Assembly (NCBI GenBank): GCA_030602375.1
Contig: JAUVZV010000001.1
Span: 2,630-66,629 of the forward strand
Origin: Chloroflexota bacterium
GTDB lineage: Bacteria > Chloroflexota > Dehalococcoidia > Dehalococcoidales > JAUVZV01
DNA: 64,000 bases
Direction of reading: 5' to 3'
Below the pieces are notes generated by a model. The model was not told the DNA's origin. It made no database searches and worked only from the letters and a program-made list of their open reading frames with translations. Of this stretch, positions 7,331-15,679 are shown piece by piece (position 1 is the stretch's first letter; each line of letters starts with the position of its first letter). The position numbers and the translations under genes are program-made.

Positions 7331-8770
7331 ATGTGCAAAGGCATCCTGAAACGATTTTCTTGGCTAATAGCCATTGGACTGTGCCTCCAAATCAGCCTTT
7401 TTAGTTCAGCACAAGCGGCAGAAGACCCGGTTCAGGTCAAGGAGTTAAATTTCGTTTTTCTTCATGGTGCTGGTGGACATGTCTGTACTTTGCAGCTTTT
7501 GGCTGACAGCATCATGGAGCAGCTACCAACACATATCCATGACTACGAACAAGCCAATCCAGACACTAGGATTCGGGTTGATACCTTGCAAAGGTGTTAC
7601 CCCAACGATGTAGATATTGATACCTGGGCTAGTAACATCGCCCATACCATCAACAAGCATTTTAATGACAAAAAGAATCTAATCTTAATTGGGCACAGTA
7701 TGGGAGGTAAGGCAGCCCTTTATACAGTAGCGCAGAATCTAGGCGATTTAGCCAGCAAGACGGTGCTGGTGGTAACCATAAATAGCCCGATTAAGAGCCT
7801 TAACAAGTATTATGTTATCGGCGGTGGCTCAGTACTGGATTACTGTCGAGCCAGGTGGCTGCTTTCAGACCGAGGGGTTTGTAATTCTGCAGTCTACTAC
7901 GATAGCTCTCAAGATGGGAGCTGGGTAGGTTCAAATAAGCACTGGCTTGCTTTCACATCGGGCGAAACAGCACCACTTAGTGAGCAATTTAATGTTGGCG
8001 GGGTTGATACCCTACCCCGAAACATGGATGACAGTGCCATTCCACTCTCAGCTCAATATTCTGATGGGGCTGATGTAATCTACTATGGTGAGCATGGTCA
8101 TAGCGATTTTGAAGTCTCAGATGAGATAGCCGGATTCATTGCCGACCAAACCCTCCGTTACCTTTTTGGTGGGCAAATAGAATGCTCCGTCTTGGCGAGA
8201 AGTGGTGTTTTTGAACATAAAGCTGATTGGCTACTGGGAACAGATTACTGGGAGGATATTGTCGGTGAAGTTCTTGCCAGTAGTGACAGGCTGTGGCATA
8301 TAAATCAGTCCCGCACCAGGTGGCAAGAGTGGCAGGACGTGGTTGGGGAGTGCCCCGCTGAGGGCAAGCGTAGTAGCTACCAGGTTAGTCCAGTGAGATT
8401 ATTCCCTTTTTTCACTGGCATCAAGGAATGGCACTGGTTGAGTCCGGATAACCCTGAAGATCATCGGCTATATTTACGCACCAGAGCTGCCCCTGGGAGT
8501 TACCTGGAGGTCGAGTGGAGTGTTTATCGGCGGGGGCTACTGCCCGAGGGGATTAAGCGCGACCACTATGAAGTTGAAATAGTCACTGGCACACCACTCA
8601 CCAAAATTGAACGAGTGTCATGGGCAACTGATGACCCTCGTGACTTGAGGTTGCGAATATGGTCGGAAGCAGAAAGCCCATTCCGGTGGTTTAAGGCTGA
8701 GTGGAGAGCCTACTCTAAAGAAAGCCGACAGAGAAAAGTCATTGACGAAATTCCTGGGCAACCAAATTGA
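7331..8770 (+). CDS. secreted alpha/beta-fold hydrolase (lipase/esterase-like) with an uncharacterised Trp-rich C-terminal domain
   Basis: Signal peptide MCKGILKRFSWLIAIGLCLQISLFSSAQA|AE and nucleophile elbow GHSMGG. The C-terminal ~200 aa show no motif I recognise. ATG 7331 is preferred over the tracked TTG 7316. Confidence 0.55.
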   Translation: MCKGILKRFSWLIAIGLCLQISLFSSAQAAEDPVQVKELNFVFLHGAGGHVCTLQLLADSIMEQLPTHIHDYEQANPDTRIRVDTLQRCYPNDVDIDTWASNIAHTINKHFNDKKNLILIGHSMGGKAALYTVAQNLGDLASKTVLVVTINSPIKSLNKYYVIGGGSVLDYCRARWLLSDRGVCNSAVYYDSSQDGSWVGSNKHWLAFTSGETAPLSEQFNVGGVDTLPRNMDDSAIPLSAQYSDGADVIYYGEHGHSDFEVSDEIAGFIADQTLRYLFGGQIECSVLARSGVFEHKADWLLGTDYWEDIVGEVLASSDRLWHINQSRTRWQEWQDVVGECPAEGKRSSYQVSPVRLFPFFTGIKEWHWLSPDNPEDHRLYLRTRAAPGSYLEVEWSVYRRGLLPEGIKRDHYEVEIVTGTPLTKIERVSWATDDPRDLRLRIWSEAESPFRWFKAEWRAYSKESRQRKVIDEIPGQPN

Positions 8771-9883
8771 TTACATCCTGAGTTTGGTTCGAGTCTTGAC
8801 CAGATAATTTAAGCTATCCCGGGTTACAATACCAATTACCTTATCTTTTTCCAAGACTGGTATCTGGCTTATTCCCAACTCATCCATTTGCTCAAGCAGG
8901 CTTGCTGCCGACTTTTGAGGATGAGCCGTCTTAAGCTCGCTCCGGGGTGTCATAACTTTACCGATGCGGGTGGAGTCCCAGCGCTCTTTAGGTATTTTCT
9001 TTATATCGCGCATCGTCACCATCCCTTGTAGTCCAACCTCCTCAACTACAATAAAATAGCGCCGTCCCGTAACTAGAACGTAATCCCGAACCAACTGACC
9101 AAGGCTAAGTTGCGGGTTGATAAGAGGACCTTCCCCAGTCATGATATCCCGAGCTGTAATACCTTGAAGGACTTCACGCGGCACTGCCTGACGACGACTC
9201 TGTGCTGCTGCACTCTGTAAAACCCACCCCATAAATGCCAATAGTAGTCCGACAAACCACTGGTGTGCCAAAATCAGCACCAGAATACCGCCAACAATGA
9301 AGAGTAAACCAATACCCCGTCCAGACCAACATACAGTACGTGTTGCCCGGTCATAATTGCCAGTCGCCCTCCACAGGATGGTTCGCAAGATTCTGCCTCC
9401 GTCCAGAGGAAAACCGGGGATAAAGTGGAACAAGAAGAGCATAAAATTAATAAAAGCAAGCCACTGCAGGAGTCCGGCGATGATAATACTGCCAGCACCT
9501 GCCAGTATCAGATGAACTCCGGAAAACACCCCGGCTATTATCAGGGTGGACAAAAGTCCAGTCACCGCCATCAGAAGCTCAAGGATAGGGAAGGTTGCCT
9601 CTCTAGCTATCTGAGATACCCCACCAAAGACAAATAAAGTCAGGCTCCTCAACGGGACACCTTTACTGAGCGCCACAAAACTAACCACCAGTTCACGAAT
9701 ACCTACCGAGGCGAAAAAAAGTAAGCTGGCGGCTATGCCAAGAACTATCCTTTGCCATAACGGATAAGCCTCGGGAAACTGGGTCACTATAGTGGCGGTT
9801 ATTAAGAGTAAAGCAACCAACCAGGTATAATGCAGTTTTAGGCGGATACCAAAAATCCGACCCAGATTAGCGGCAGTTCCCAT
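8771..9883 (-). CDS. site-2 protease (M50) family membrane protein with tandem CBS domains; HExxH motif degenerate
   Basis: Family-typical LGRIFGIRLKLHYTW, LTLFVFGGV and NFMLFLFHFIPGFPLDGGRIL, with C-terminal CBS repeats. RELVV occupies the HExxH position. SD GGAAGTGA precedes ATG 9883. Confidence 0.75.
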   Translation of the reverse strand: MGTAANLGRIFGIRLKLHYTWLVALLLITATIVTQFPEAYPLWQRIVLGIAASLLFFASVGIRELVVSFVALSKGVPLRSLTLFVFGGVSQIAREATFPILELLMAVTGLLSTLIIAGVFSGVHLILAGAGSIIIAGLLQWLAFINFMLFLFHFIPGFPLDGGRILRTILWRATGNYDRATRTVCWSGRGIGLLFIVGGILVLILAHQWFVGLLLAFMGWVLQSAAAQSRRQAVPREVLQGITARDIMTGEGPLINPQLSLGQLVRDYVLVTGRRYFIVVEEVGLQGMVTMRDIKKIPKERWDSTRIGKVMTPRSELKTAHPQKSAASLLEQMDELGISQIPVLEKDKVIGIVTRDSLNYLVKTRTKLRM

Positions 9884-10123
9884 TTTCACTTCCATAATAG
9901 TATGACCTAACACAGTATTGTGCATTTTGAGTAGGTAGCTCGTTTTTGTCAAGCTCGTTCAATGTCATAACGCATAGAATCCTCAGCTTGTTGATTCTTG
10001 GCTAATAAGGCTGTAGAATTTATTCGGTCTACTTTTTCTATTTACTTCATCACCTTAATCTGACCTCTTGCCCAATTGCCGAGAGTCAGATGGAGTTTTT
10101 CCGATAGAAAGGCAAATTCATAA

Positions 10124-11356
10124 ATGCATAGTGATAGCAAACCGAAATTCTTCTACGGCTATATTGTGGTTGCCGCGGCCTGTCTCATTCTGACAATAAC
10201 CCAGGGCACCTACTATAGTTTCGGGGTGTTTTTTAAGCCACTGTCAGCAGATTTTGGCTGGACAAGGGCGATGACTGCAGGAGCCTTCTCGCTTTGTGTA
10301 GTCCTGCATGGCTTTCTCTTTATCTTCACCGGCAGACTCAATGATACCATTGGTCCCAGGTTTGTACTTACAATCTGTGGCACCTTTTTAGGTTTAGGCT
10401 ATATATTGATGTCCCAGATTAACGTCCTCTGGCAGCTATACTTATTTTATGGGGTAATAGTAGCCATTGGCATGAGCGGTGGCTATATACCCATGTTATC
10501 TACAACAACAAGGTGGTTTGTCAAGAGAAGAGGGTTAATGACCGGTATTGTTGCCTCCGGCACCGGATTTGGCACATTATTTGTGCCCCTGATTGCCAAT
10601 TGGCTTATTACTACCTATGATTGGCGCTCCTCGTATCTAGTTGTCGGTATTGGTGCCATAATAGTGATTGTACTGGCAGCTCAGTTTCTGCGGCGTGACC
10701 CAAGCCAGGTAGGGCAGTTGCCTTACGGGCAGGGGGAGGTAAAGGATGAGAATACAGATCCAAGACCCCGAGGTTTGACCCTTAGGCAGGCGCTTGGAAC
10801 CAGGCAGTTCTGGATGTTTACTTTAGCCATGGCTTGTTTCGGTGCCTGTCTATTTGTCATCATGGTGCATGTTGTACCGCATGCCACTGACCTTGGTATC
10901 TCACCAGCCAAAGCAGCCAATATCCTGGCTATCATTGGTGCTAGTGGAATTATTGGCAGGATAGGCATGGGTGCTTTGGCTGATAGGATTAGTAATAAGC
11001 GGGCTTTTGCAATTTGTTTTGTTTTAGTGGCAATTACCCTAATTCTGCTGATGGTGGCTAAAGAGCTGTGGCTATTTTACCTTTTTGCTACTGTCTTTGG
11101 TTTCGCCTATGGGGGTTACGCAACAGTGATGGCGCCGCTGGTAGCTGACCTGTTTGGACTTCGTTCCCATGGTGTAATCCTGGGCAGTGGTACCTTCGGG
11201 GCTACTGCAGGTGGGGCTATTGGACCAGTCGCCGCCGGTCGTATCTTTGATGTAACCGGTAGCTACCAGCTAGCCTTCATTATCTGCATTATACTCAGTG
11301 CCATCGGTTTAGTGGCAGTATCACTCTTAAAGCTTGGTAGGGGAAAGTCTGGATAG
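10124..11356 (+). CDS. MFS transporter (oxalate/formate antiporter-like subfamily)
   Basis: 410 aa with about 12 predicted TM segments. Paralog of 29783..31045. Confidence 0.8.
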   Translation: MHSDSKPKFFYGYIVVAAACLILTITQGTYYSFGVFFKPLSADFGWTRAMTAGAFSLCVVLHGFLFIFTGRLNDTIGPRFVLTICGTFLGLGYILMSQINVLWQLYLFYGVIVAIGMSGGYIPMLSTTTRWFVKRRGLMTGIVASGTGFGTLFVPLIANWLITTYDWRSSYLVVGIGAIIVIVLAAQFLRRDPSQVGQLPYGQGEVKDENTDPRPRGLTLRQALGTRQFWMFTLAMACFGACLFVIMVHVVPHATDLGISPAKAANILAIIGASGIIGRIGMGALADRISNKRAFAICFVLVAITLILLMVAKELWLFYLFATVFGFAYGGYATVMAPLVADLFGLRSHGVILGSGTFGATAGGAIGPVAAGRIFDVTGSYQLAFIICIILSAIGLVAVSLLKLGRGKSG

Positions 11357-11403
11357 ACGCTGGGCAATTGACAGCAGAGTCTTGGCTTATCCAGTCCCGG
11401 TAG

Positions 11404-12123
11404 TTACACTATTACGTCAACACCTGGTTCCCGGGAAGGGCAATCCAGTCGCTCACAATACCAGCAAGGGCGGCGTGCTTTTGGCACTGGTACCCCACTA
11501 CCCATTCCAACTACAAACGATACCGATTTACGCGGCACCATCAACAAATGCTCATTTAGGCTAACCCCAATCTTATCTGCAGGGAGCAGGCTAAAGAGCA
11601 CCTTCTGATCATTGATATCCCAGTCTACTGAGCCAGGACTGAAACGTGGCCCGGCGACCATACCCCATTCCTGGGCTCGCTGGCAAGTCATGGTATCAAT
11701 CTGCCTAGAGATACTTCCGACTGCCACGCTAGCTACGGTGTCGAGTATTAAGGCAGCAGCCGGGTCTCCTTGAGCAAAAAGCTCACTGACGCGCTCTTCA
11801 AGCTTTGAACCAATGGTGCATATGGCTAGTGCTACTCGTTCCAGCCCCTGCCAATCCTGCCCGGCATGAGGATTATCTAGAACAGCACCAGTGGCTAAAA
11901 CCACCTTACCCTCTTCAGTAAGGTGTGCCAACATTTCATCGTACACTGCCTGCGGCTCTACCAGATTATAGCCCTCCTCAATAGCTTGAGAGACAAGCTT
12001 AATTACGTGTGCTGAGGCAGCGGTACCGTGAGTGCCCAAGCCGTGGCGATGAAGCACGTCATCCTCCAATATCCTGACCCTGATATCCCTGAATATCTCC
12101 ATCTCGCTGCTATTATAGCACAC
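11404..12123 (-). CDS. stand-alone vitamin B12-dependent methionine synthase activation-domain-like protein
   Basis: RFSPGSVDWDINDQKVLFSLLPADKIGVSLNEHLLMVPRKSVSFVVGMG resembles the MetH activation (AdoMet-binding) domain. The C-terminus has CWYCERLDC. The start could be ATG 12102. Confidence 0.5.
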   Translation of the reverse strand: MCYNSSEMEIFRDIRVRILEDDVLHRHGLGTHGTAASAHVIKLVSQAIEEGYNLVEPQAVYDEMLAHLTEEGKVVLATGAVLDNPHAGQDWQGLERVALAICTIGSKLEERVSELFAQGDPAAALILDTVASVAVGSISRQIDTMTCQRAQEWGMVAGPRFSPGSVDWDINDQKVLFSLLPADKIGVSLNEHLLMVPRKSVSFVVGMGSGVPVPKARRPCWYCERLDCPSREPGVDVIV

Positions 12124-12168
12124 GAGTTCCTCTTCTACGCTGCCTACATCATTGGTGAATATCTCCGG

Positions 12169-13779
12169 TCATACTTCAATTGTTCCACCCATAGTGGGAA
12201 GAATGACCTTTATCTCGCTCTTGCTCAAGTGGTCAATGTAGAAACCGGGGTATTCACTATGTATCGGGATGAGGAGCTCAGGCTTTATCTGGCGAGCAAT
12301 CTGAAGCAGGTCTGGGGCAGAGGCATGACCCGAGGCGTGTAAGCCCTTCTCACCATCAGGTATTTGCCACCTGCCGTTACTTTCTACCGGAAGTCCAAGA
12401 CCCTCAAGGTTAAAGTGTTTAAGCCATTGGTGCAGGCGACGAAAGTCAATCTCCCGCTCCTCATCATGAGGTTCACTGGAACTATAGACATAGAGGCTTC
12501 CTGGCTTTGGGCGAAGGCTCGGCAGTTCATTTAAGTCATAAAAGCTAAAGCAAAGGATGAACTCATCCTGTGCCGAGCTTACATCATCGGCTAAGACAAT
12601 CTTGCTATCGTATTCCTGACAGATATTTCGCAGCCACAAACTAGGATTCTTGCTGGCGATAGTATCCTGGTAGATAGCAAGACTAGGCTCCTTAGCAATG
12701 TCGGGGATTTCTGGCTCCAGAAGACGCATCGTCTTTAAGAAGTAGGCATCCTTGGGCAGTATCGCCAGTTTTCTGCCGCTATCCCTGGCAATTTGAAGAA
12801 AGGTAAGAAGACGGTCTACATCCCGGGGAGAGAAATCAGCAATGACCAAACGTTTTGAACTCGTGATAGCCTTTAACCCGTTTTTGTATACCTCGTCTTC
12901 GGCAACATCCGTCTCACGCTGCACATTAGTGCCTTCTAGGATAAGCGCCTTAGGAGTAAGTGCTCTTGCTTCCTCAATGAACCTGGCGGTAAGTTCAGCA
13001 CGTTTGCCATGCCGCCGCAAATCCCCGCTGTAGATTACCCACCCCGAGCTGGTTTCAATCCCCCAAGCGCAGGCACCAGGAATGGAGTGGTCCACAGGAA
13101 AGCAGCGTAAATTAAAGCTAAAGTCATCGTGAGCGGAGAGGGGAGATGAGATGAGCTCTTTCTGCCGGGGGGTTTTCTCCCAGAAGCCCCACTCCCAAAA
13201 CTTAGTTGCCTCTGGACTCAGGGCTTGCGGTTTTACATCAGCAAGGCAGAATTGCCGCTGCGTTTTGGCGCTACTCTCACTAAGGCAGGCTATCTGCTTC
13301 CAACCGCTCGGGCACTGGCGTATCGTCGGGCTAAAATAGCATACCTGCTGGTCGAAATCAGACTTCCCTGAGTCCTGCATTGCCTTAGCAATAAATGCCG
13401 TCGCCGCAGTGGTGTATACTGGAATATCCTCTCTCAGAAAGGATATGTACCCCGAATGGTCAAGATGGGCATGGGAGAGGAGTACCCCGTCCAGCCGCTC
13501 AAGCTGGCGGTAAAGCCAATTATTGCGAAACTGCTGCCAGAGGTCCTGACTCCCCAGGTCATCACGATAAATTCCCTCTAGTGGTGGTAGTAAGCCCATC
13601 ACCAAGGGGTCAAGTAACCCGGCACCGCTACGAGGTTTTAGGTATTCTTCATAGAACAGCTTGTGTCTTTTATAGGGAAAGCCAAAGTCAAGAAACAGCC
13701 GCCGTTCTTTATCCTCTAGCAGTATCTTGTTGCCGCCAATTTCATTGATACCGCCGTAGAATGTCAATCGTACCATCAA
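12169..13779 (-). CDS. MBL-fold beta-CASP ribonuclease (RNase J-like)
   Basis: Motifs HAHLDHSG, VDHSIPGA, SGDLR, HASGHA and PIHSEY, in the order expected for RNase J/beta-CASP enzymes. Confidence 0.65.
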   Translation of the reverse strand: MMVRLTFYGGINEIGGNKILLEDKERRLFLDFGFPYKRHKLFYEEYLKPRSGAGLLDPLVMGLLPPLEGIYRDDLGSQDLWQQFRNNWLYRQLERLDGVLLSHAHLDHSGYISFLREDIPVYTTAATAFIAKAMQDSGKSDFDQQVCYFSPTIRQCPSGWKQIACLSESSAKTQRQFCLADVKPQALSPEATKFWEWGFWEKTPRQKELISSPLSAHDDFSFNLRCFPVDHSIPGACAWGIETSSGWVIYSGDLRRHGKRAELTARFIEEARALTPKALILEGTNVQRETDVAEDEVYKNGLKAITSSKRLVIADFSPRDVDRLLTFLQIARDSGRKLAILPKDAYFLKTMRLLEPEIPDIAKEPSLAIYQDTIASKNPSLWLRNICQEYDSKIVLADDVSSAQDEFILCFSFYDLNELPSLRPKPGSLYVYSSSEPHDEEREIDFRRLHQWLKHFNLEGLGLPVESNGRWQIPDGEKGLHASGHASAPDLLQIARQIKPELLIPIHSEYPGFYIDHLSKSEIKVILPTMGGTIEV

Positions 13780-14078
13780 CTTTCCTTATCTGGTTTGGCT
13801 ACTAATCAGGTGCTCAAGATGAATGCCTCTCTACATTACTCTAATGATAAGCCTCTAGAGTTAATACAGCAAGCCCTGATGTCAAAGCCAGCGGGAAGTG
13901 CCATGAGCTGGATTTAAAAGGCTCTTGGGGTATTGACAAGGGCTTTAAAAGCTGCTATCGATGAGATTTTTGTTATTAATGATAATTAAAATCAGGGTAG
14001 TATCTGAAATAGCAGAATTTTAGTATAATTGAAGGTAGATACGGCGACTCCAGCAAGAACCGATTAGGAGATACTATC

Positions 14079-14858
14079 ATGAAGGAACTGAAAATACTGT
14101 GCTGGAATGTTAACGGTGTCAGAGCGGTAGGTAGAAAGGGCTTCCTCCAGTGGCTAGACGAAGCCTCCCCAGATATTATTTGCCTTCAGGAGACAAAAGC
14201 ACGCCCTGAGCAGCTTGAATGTGAGCTAAAAGAGCCCCCAGGTTATTCTGCCTACTGGAACTACCCGGAAGAGGCAAGGGGCTACAGCGGGGTGGCTACC
14301 TTGACCAGGGAAAAACCGCTACGGGTCGAGAATGGTTTTGGCATTCCAAAATTCGACCAAGAAGGGAGAACCATAATTACCCAATACCCCCAGTTCACGC
14401 TACTAAATGTGTATTTCCCCAACGGGAAGAAGGACGAGATACGCCTAAAATACAAGATGGATTTTTACGATGCCTTCCTTAAATCGGTTGACCAGCTTCA
14501 AGGTAGGGGTGAAAAACTAATTGTCTGCGGCGATTTTAATACTGCGCATAAAGAAATAGACCTGGCTAGACCCAAGGAGAATGAAAACGTCTCCGGGTTT
14601 CTGCCAATGGAAAGGGAATGGATGGATGAGTTTGTTGCCCATGGTTTTATGGATGCCTTCCGCTACTTCAGTAAGGAACCAAATCAGTATACCTGGTGGG
14701 ATTTGAAATCAAGGGCAAGAGAAAGAAACGTCGGCTGGAGACTTGATTACTTTTTCATCACCGAAAACCTAATGAAATCAGTCTCCAAGGCATTCATCAT
14801 GTCTGAGGTGATGGGTTCCGACCATTGCCCGGTTGGAGTCATCTTGAAAATAGCCTAA
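14079..14858 (+). CDS. xth: exodeoxyribonuclease III
   Basis: 259 aa. WNVNG, CLQETK, GDFN and SDHCP motifs of the ExoIII/APE1 family. Confidence 0.9.
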   Translation: MKELKILCWNVNGVRAVGRKGFLQWLDEASPDIICLQETKARPEQLECELKEPPGYSAYWNYPEEARGYSGVATLTREKPLRVENGFGIPKFDQEGRTIITQYPQFTLLNVYFPNGKKDEIRLKYKMDFYDAFLKSVDQLQGRGEKLIVCGDFNTAHKEIDLARPKENENVSGFLPMEREWMDEFVAHGFMDAFRYFSKEPNQYTWWDLKSRARERNVGWRLDYFFITENLMKSVSKAFIMSEVMGSDHCPVGVILKIA

Positions 14859-14989
14859 CCACTCCTAAAAACATAAATAGACACCGGACAGGCCAATTGG
14901 TTTATCTTGCACCCCTGGATGATAAACATACCAGCCGCTACATTGAGCTTTCGGATGACCCGGAGCAAATGAGATAGGAGGCTTAAGCA

Positions 14990-15598
14990 ATGAAAATTGA
15001 TTTTGATAACCTTCCCCGCCGTGAGTGTTACCAGCTAATGACTGGTATAATTTTACCCCGACCTATTGCCTGGGTTTCAACCGTGGGTGAAGATGGCATA
15101 TTCAATCTGGCCCCCTTTAGCTTCTTCACTGGCATCACCTCTAAACCACCAATCCTCTGCCTATCAATTGGGTCAAGACGGGGGCGGCAAAAAGACACCC
15201 TGAGAAACATTGAATCTACCAAGGATTTTGTGGTCAATGTGGTAGATGAAACCTTAGCCGAAAGAATGAATCAGACCTCGGCAGAATACCCGAGCTACGT
15301 CAGTGAGTTTAAGGAGACAGGTCTAACACCCCTGCCCAGTGACAAGGTCAGGTCGCCGAGGGTAGCTGAGTCACCAATAAATATGGAGTGCCAGCTTCTG
15401 AAAATCCTTGAATTTGGTGAAAACCCCAACACTACCAGCCTAATTATTGGGCAAATAGTAAGAGCCCATGTAAAAGATGCACTCTTACGGGACGGCACCA
15501 TTGATATATCCAAGCTTAAGGCTATTGGACGGCTGGGGGATGACCTCTATTGCCGTACACAAGATATGTTTGAAATGAAAAGGCCAGGGTCTCCCTAA
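14990..15598 (+). CDS. flavin reductase family protein (FMN-binding split barrel)
   Basis: PRPIAWVSTVGEDGIFNLAPFSFF is typical of the flavin reductase-like domain. Confidence 0.8.
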   Translation: MKIDFDNLPRRECYQLMTGIILPRPIAWVSTVGEDGIFNLAPFSFFTGITSKPPILCLSIGSRRGRQKDTLRNIESTKDFVVNVVDETLAERMNQTSAEYPSYVSEFKETGLTPLPSDKVRSPRVAESPINMECQLLKILEFGENPNTTSLIIGQIVRAHVKDALLRDGTIDISKLKAIGRLGDDLYCRTQDMFEMKRPGSP

Positions 15599-15679
15599 CC
15601 ATCTATTTAGAACCACCTGGTCTCATTGACAAAGTTAGCGGTGATAAGATAGATTATCCTTCTAGTTAAGAGAAACGAA

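Noticed and set aside
13925-13938. 14-nt string TTGGGGTATTGACA repeated at 13925-13938 and 47982-47995
   Set aside because: In 64 kb read on both strands, tens of identical 14-mer pairs are expected by chance. Both copies simply contain a -35-like TTGACA. I do not treat them as a specific repeat element.
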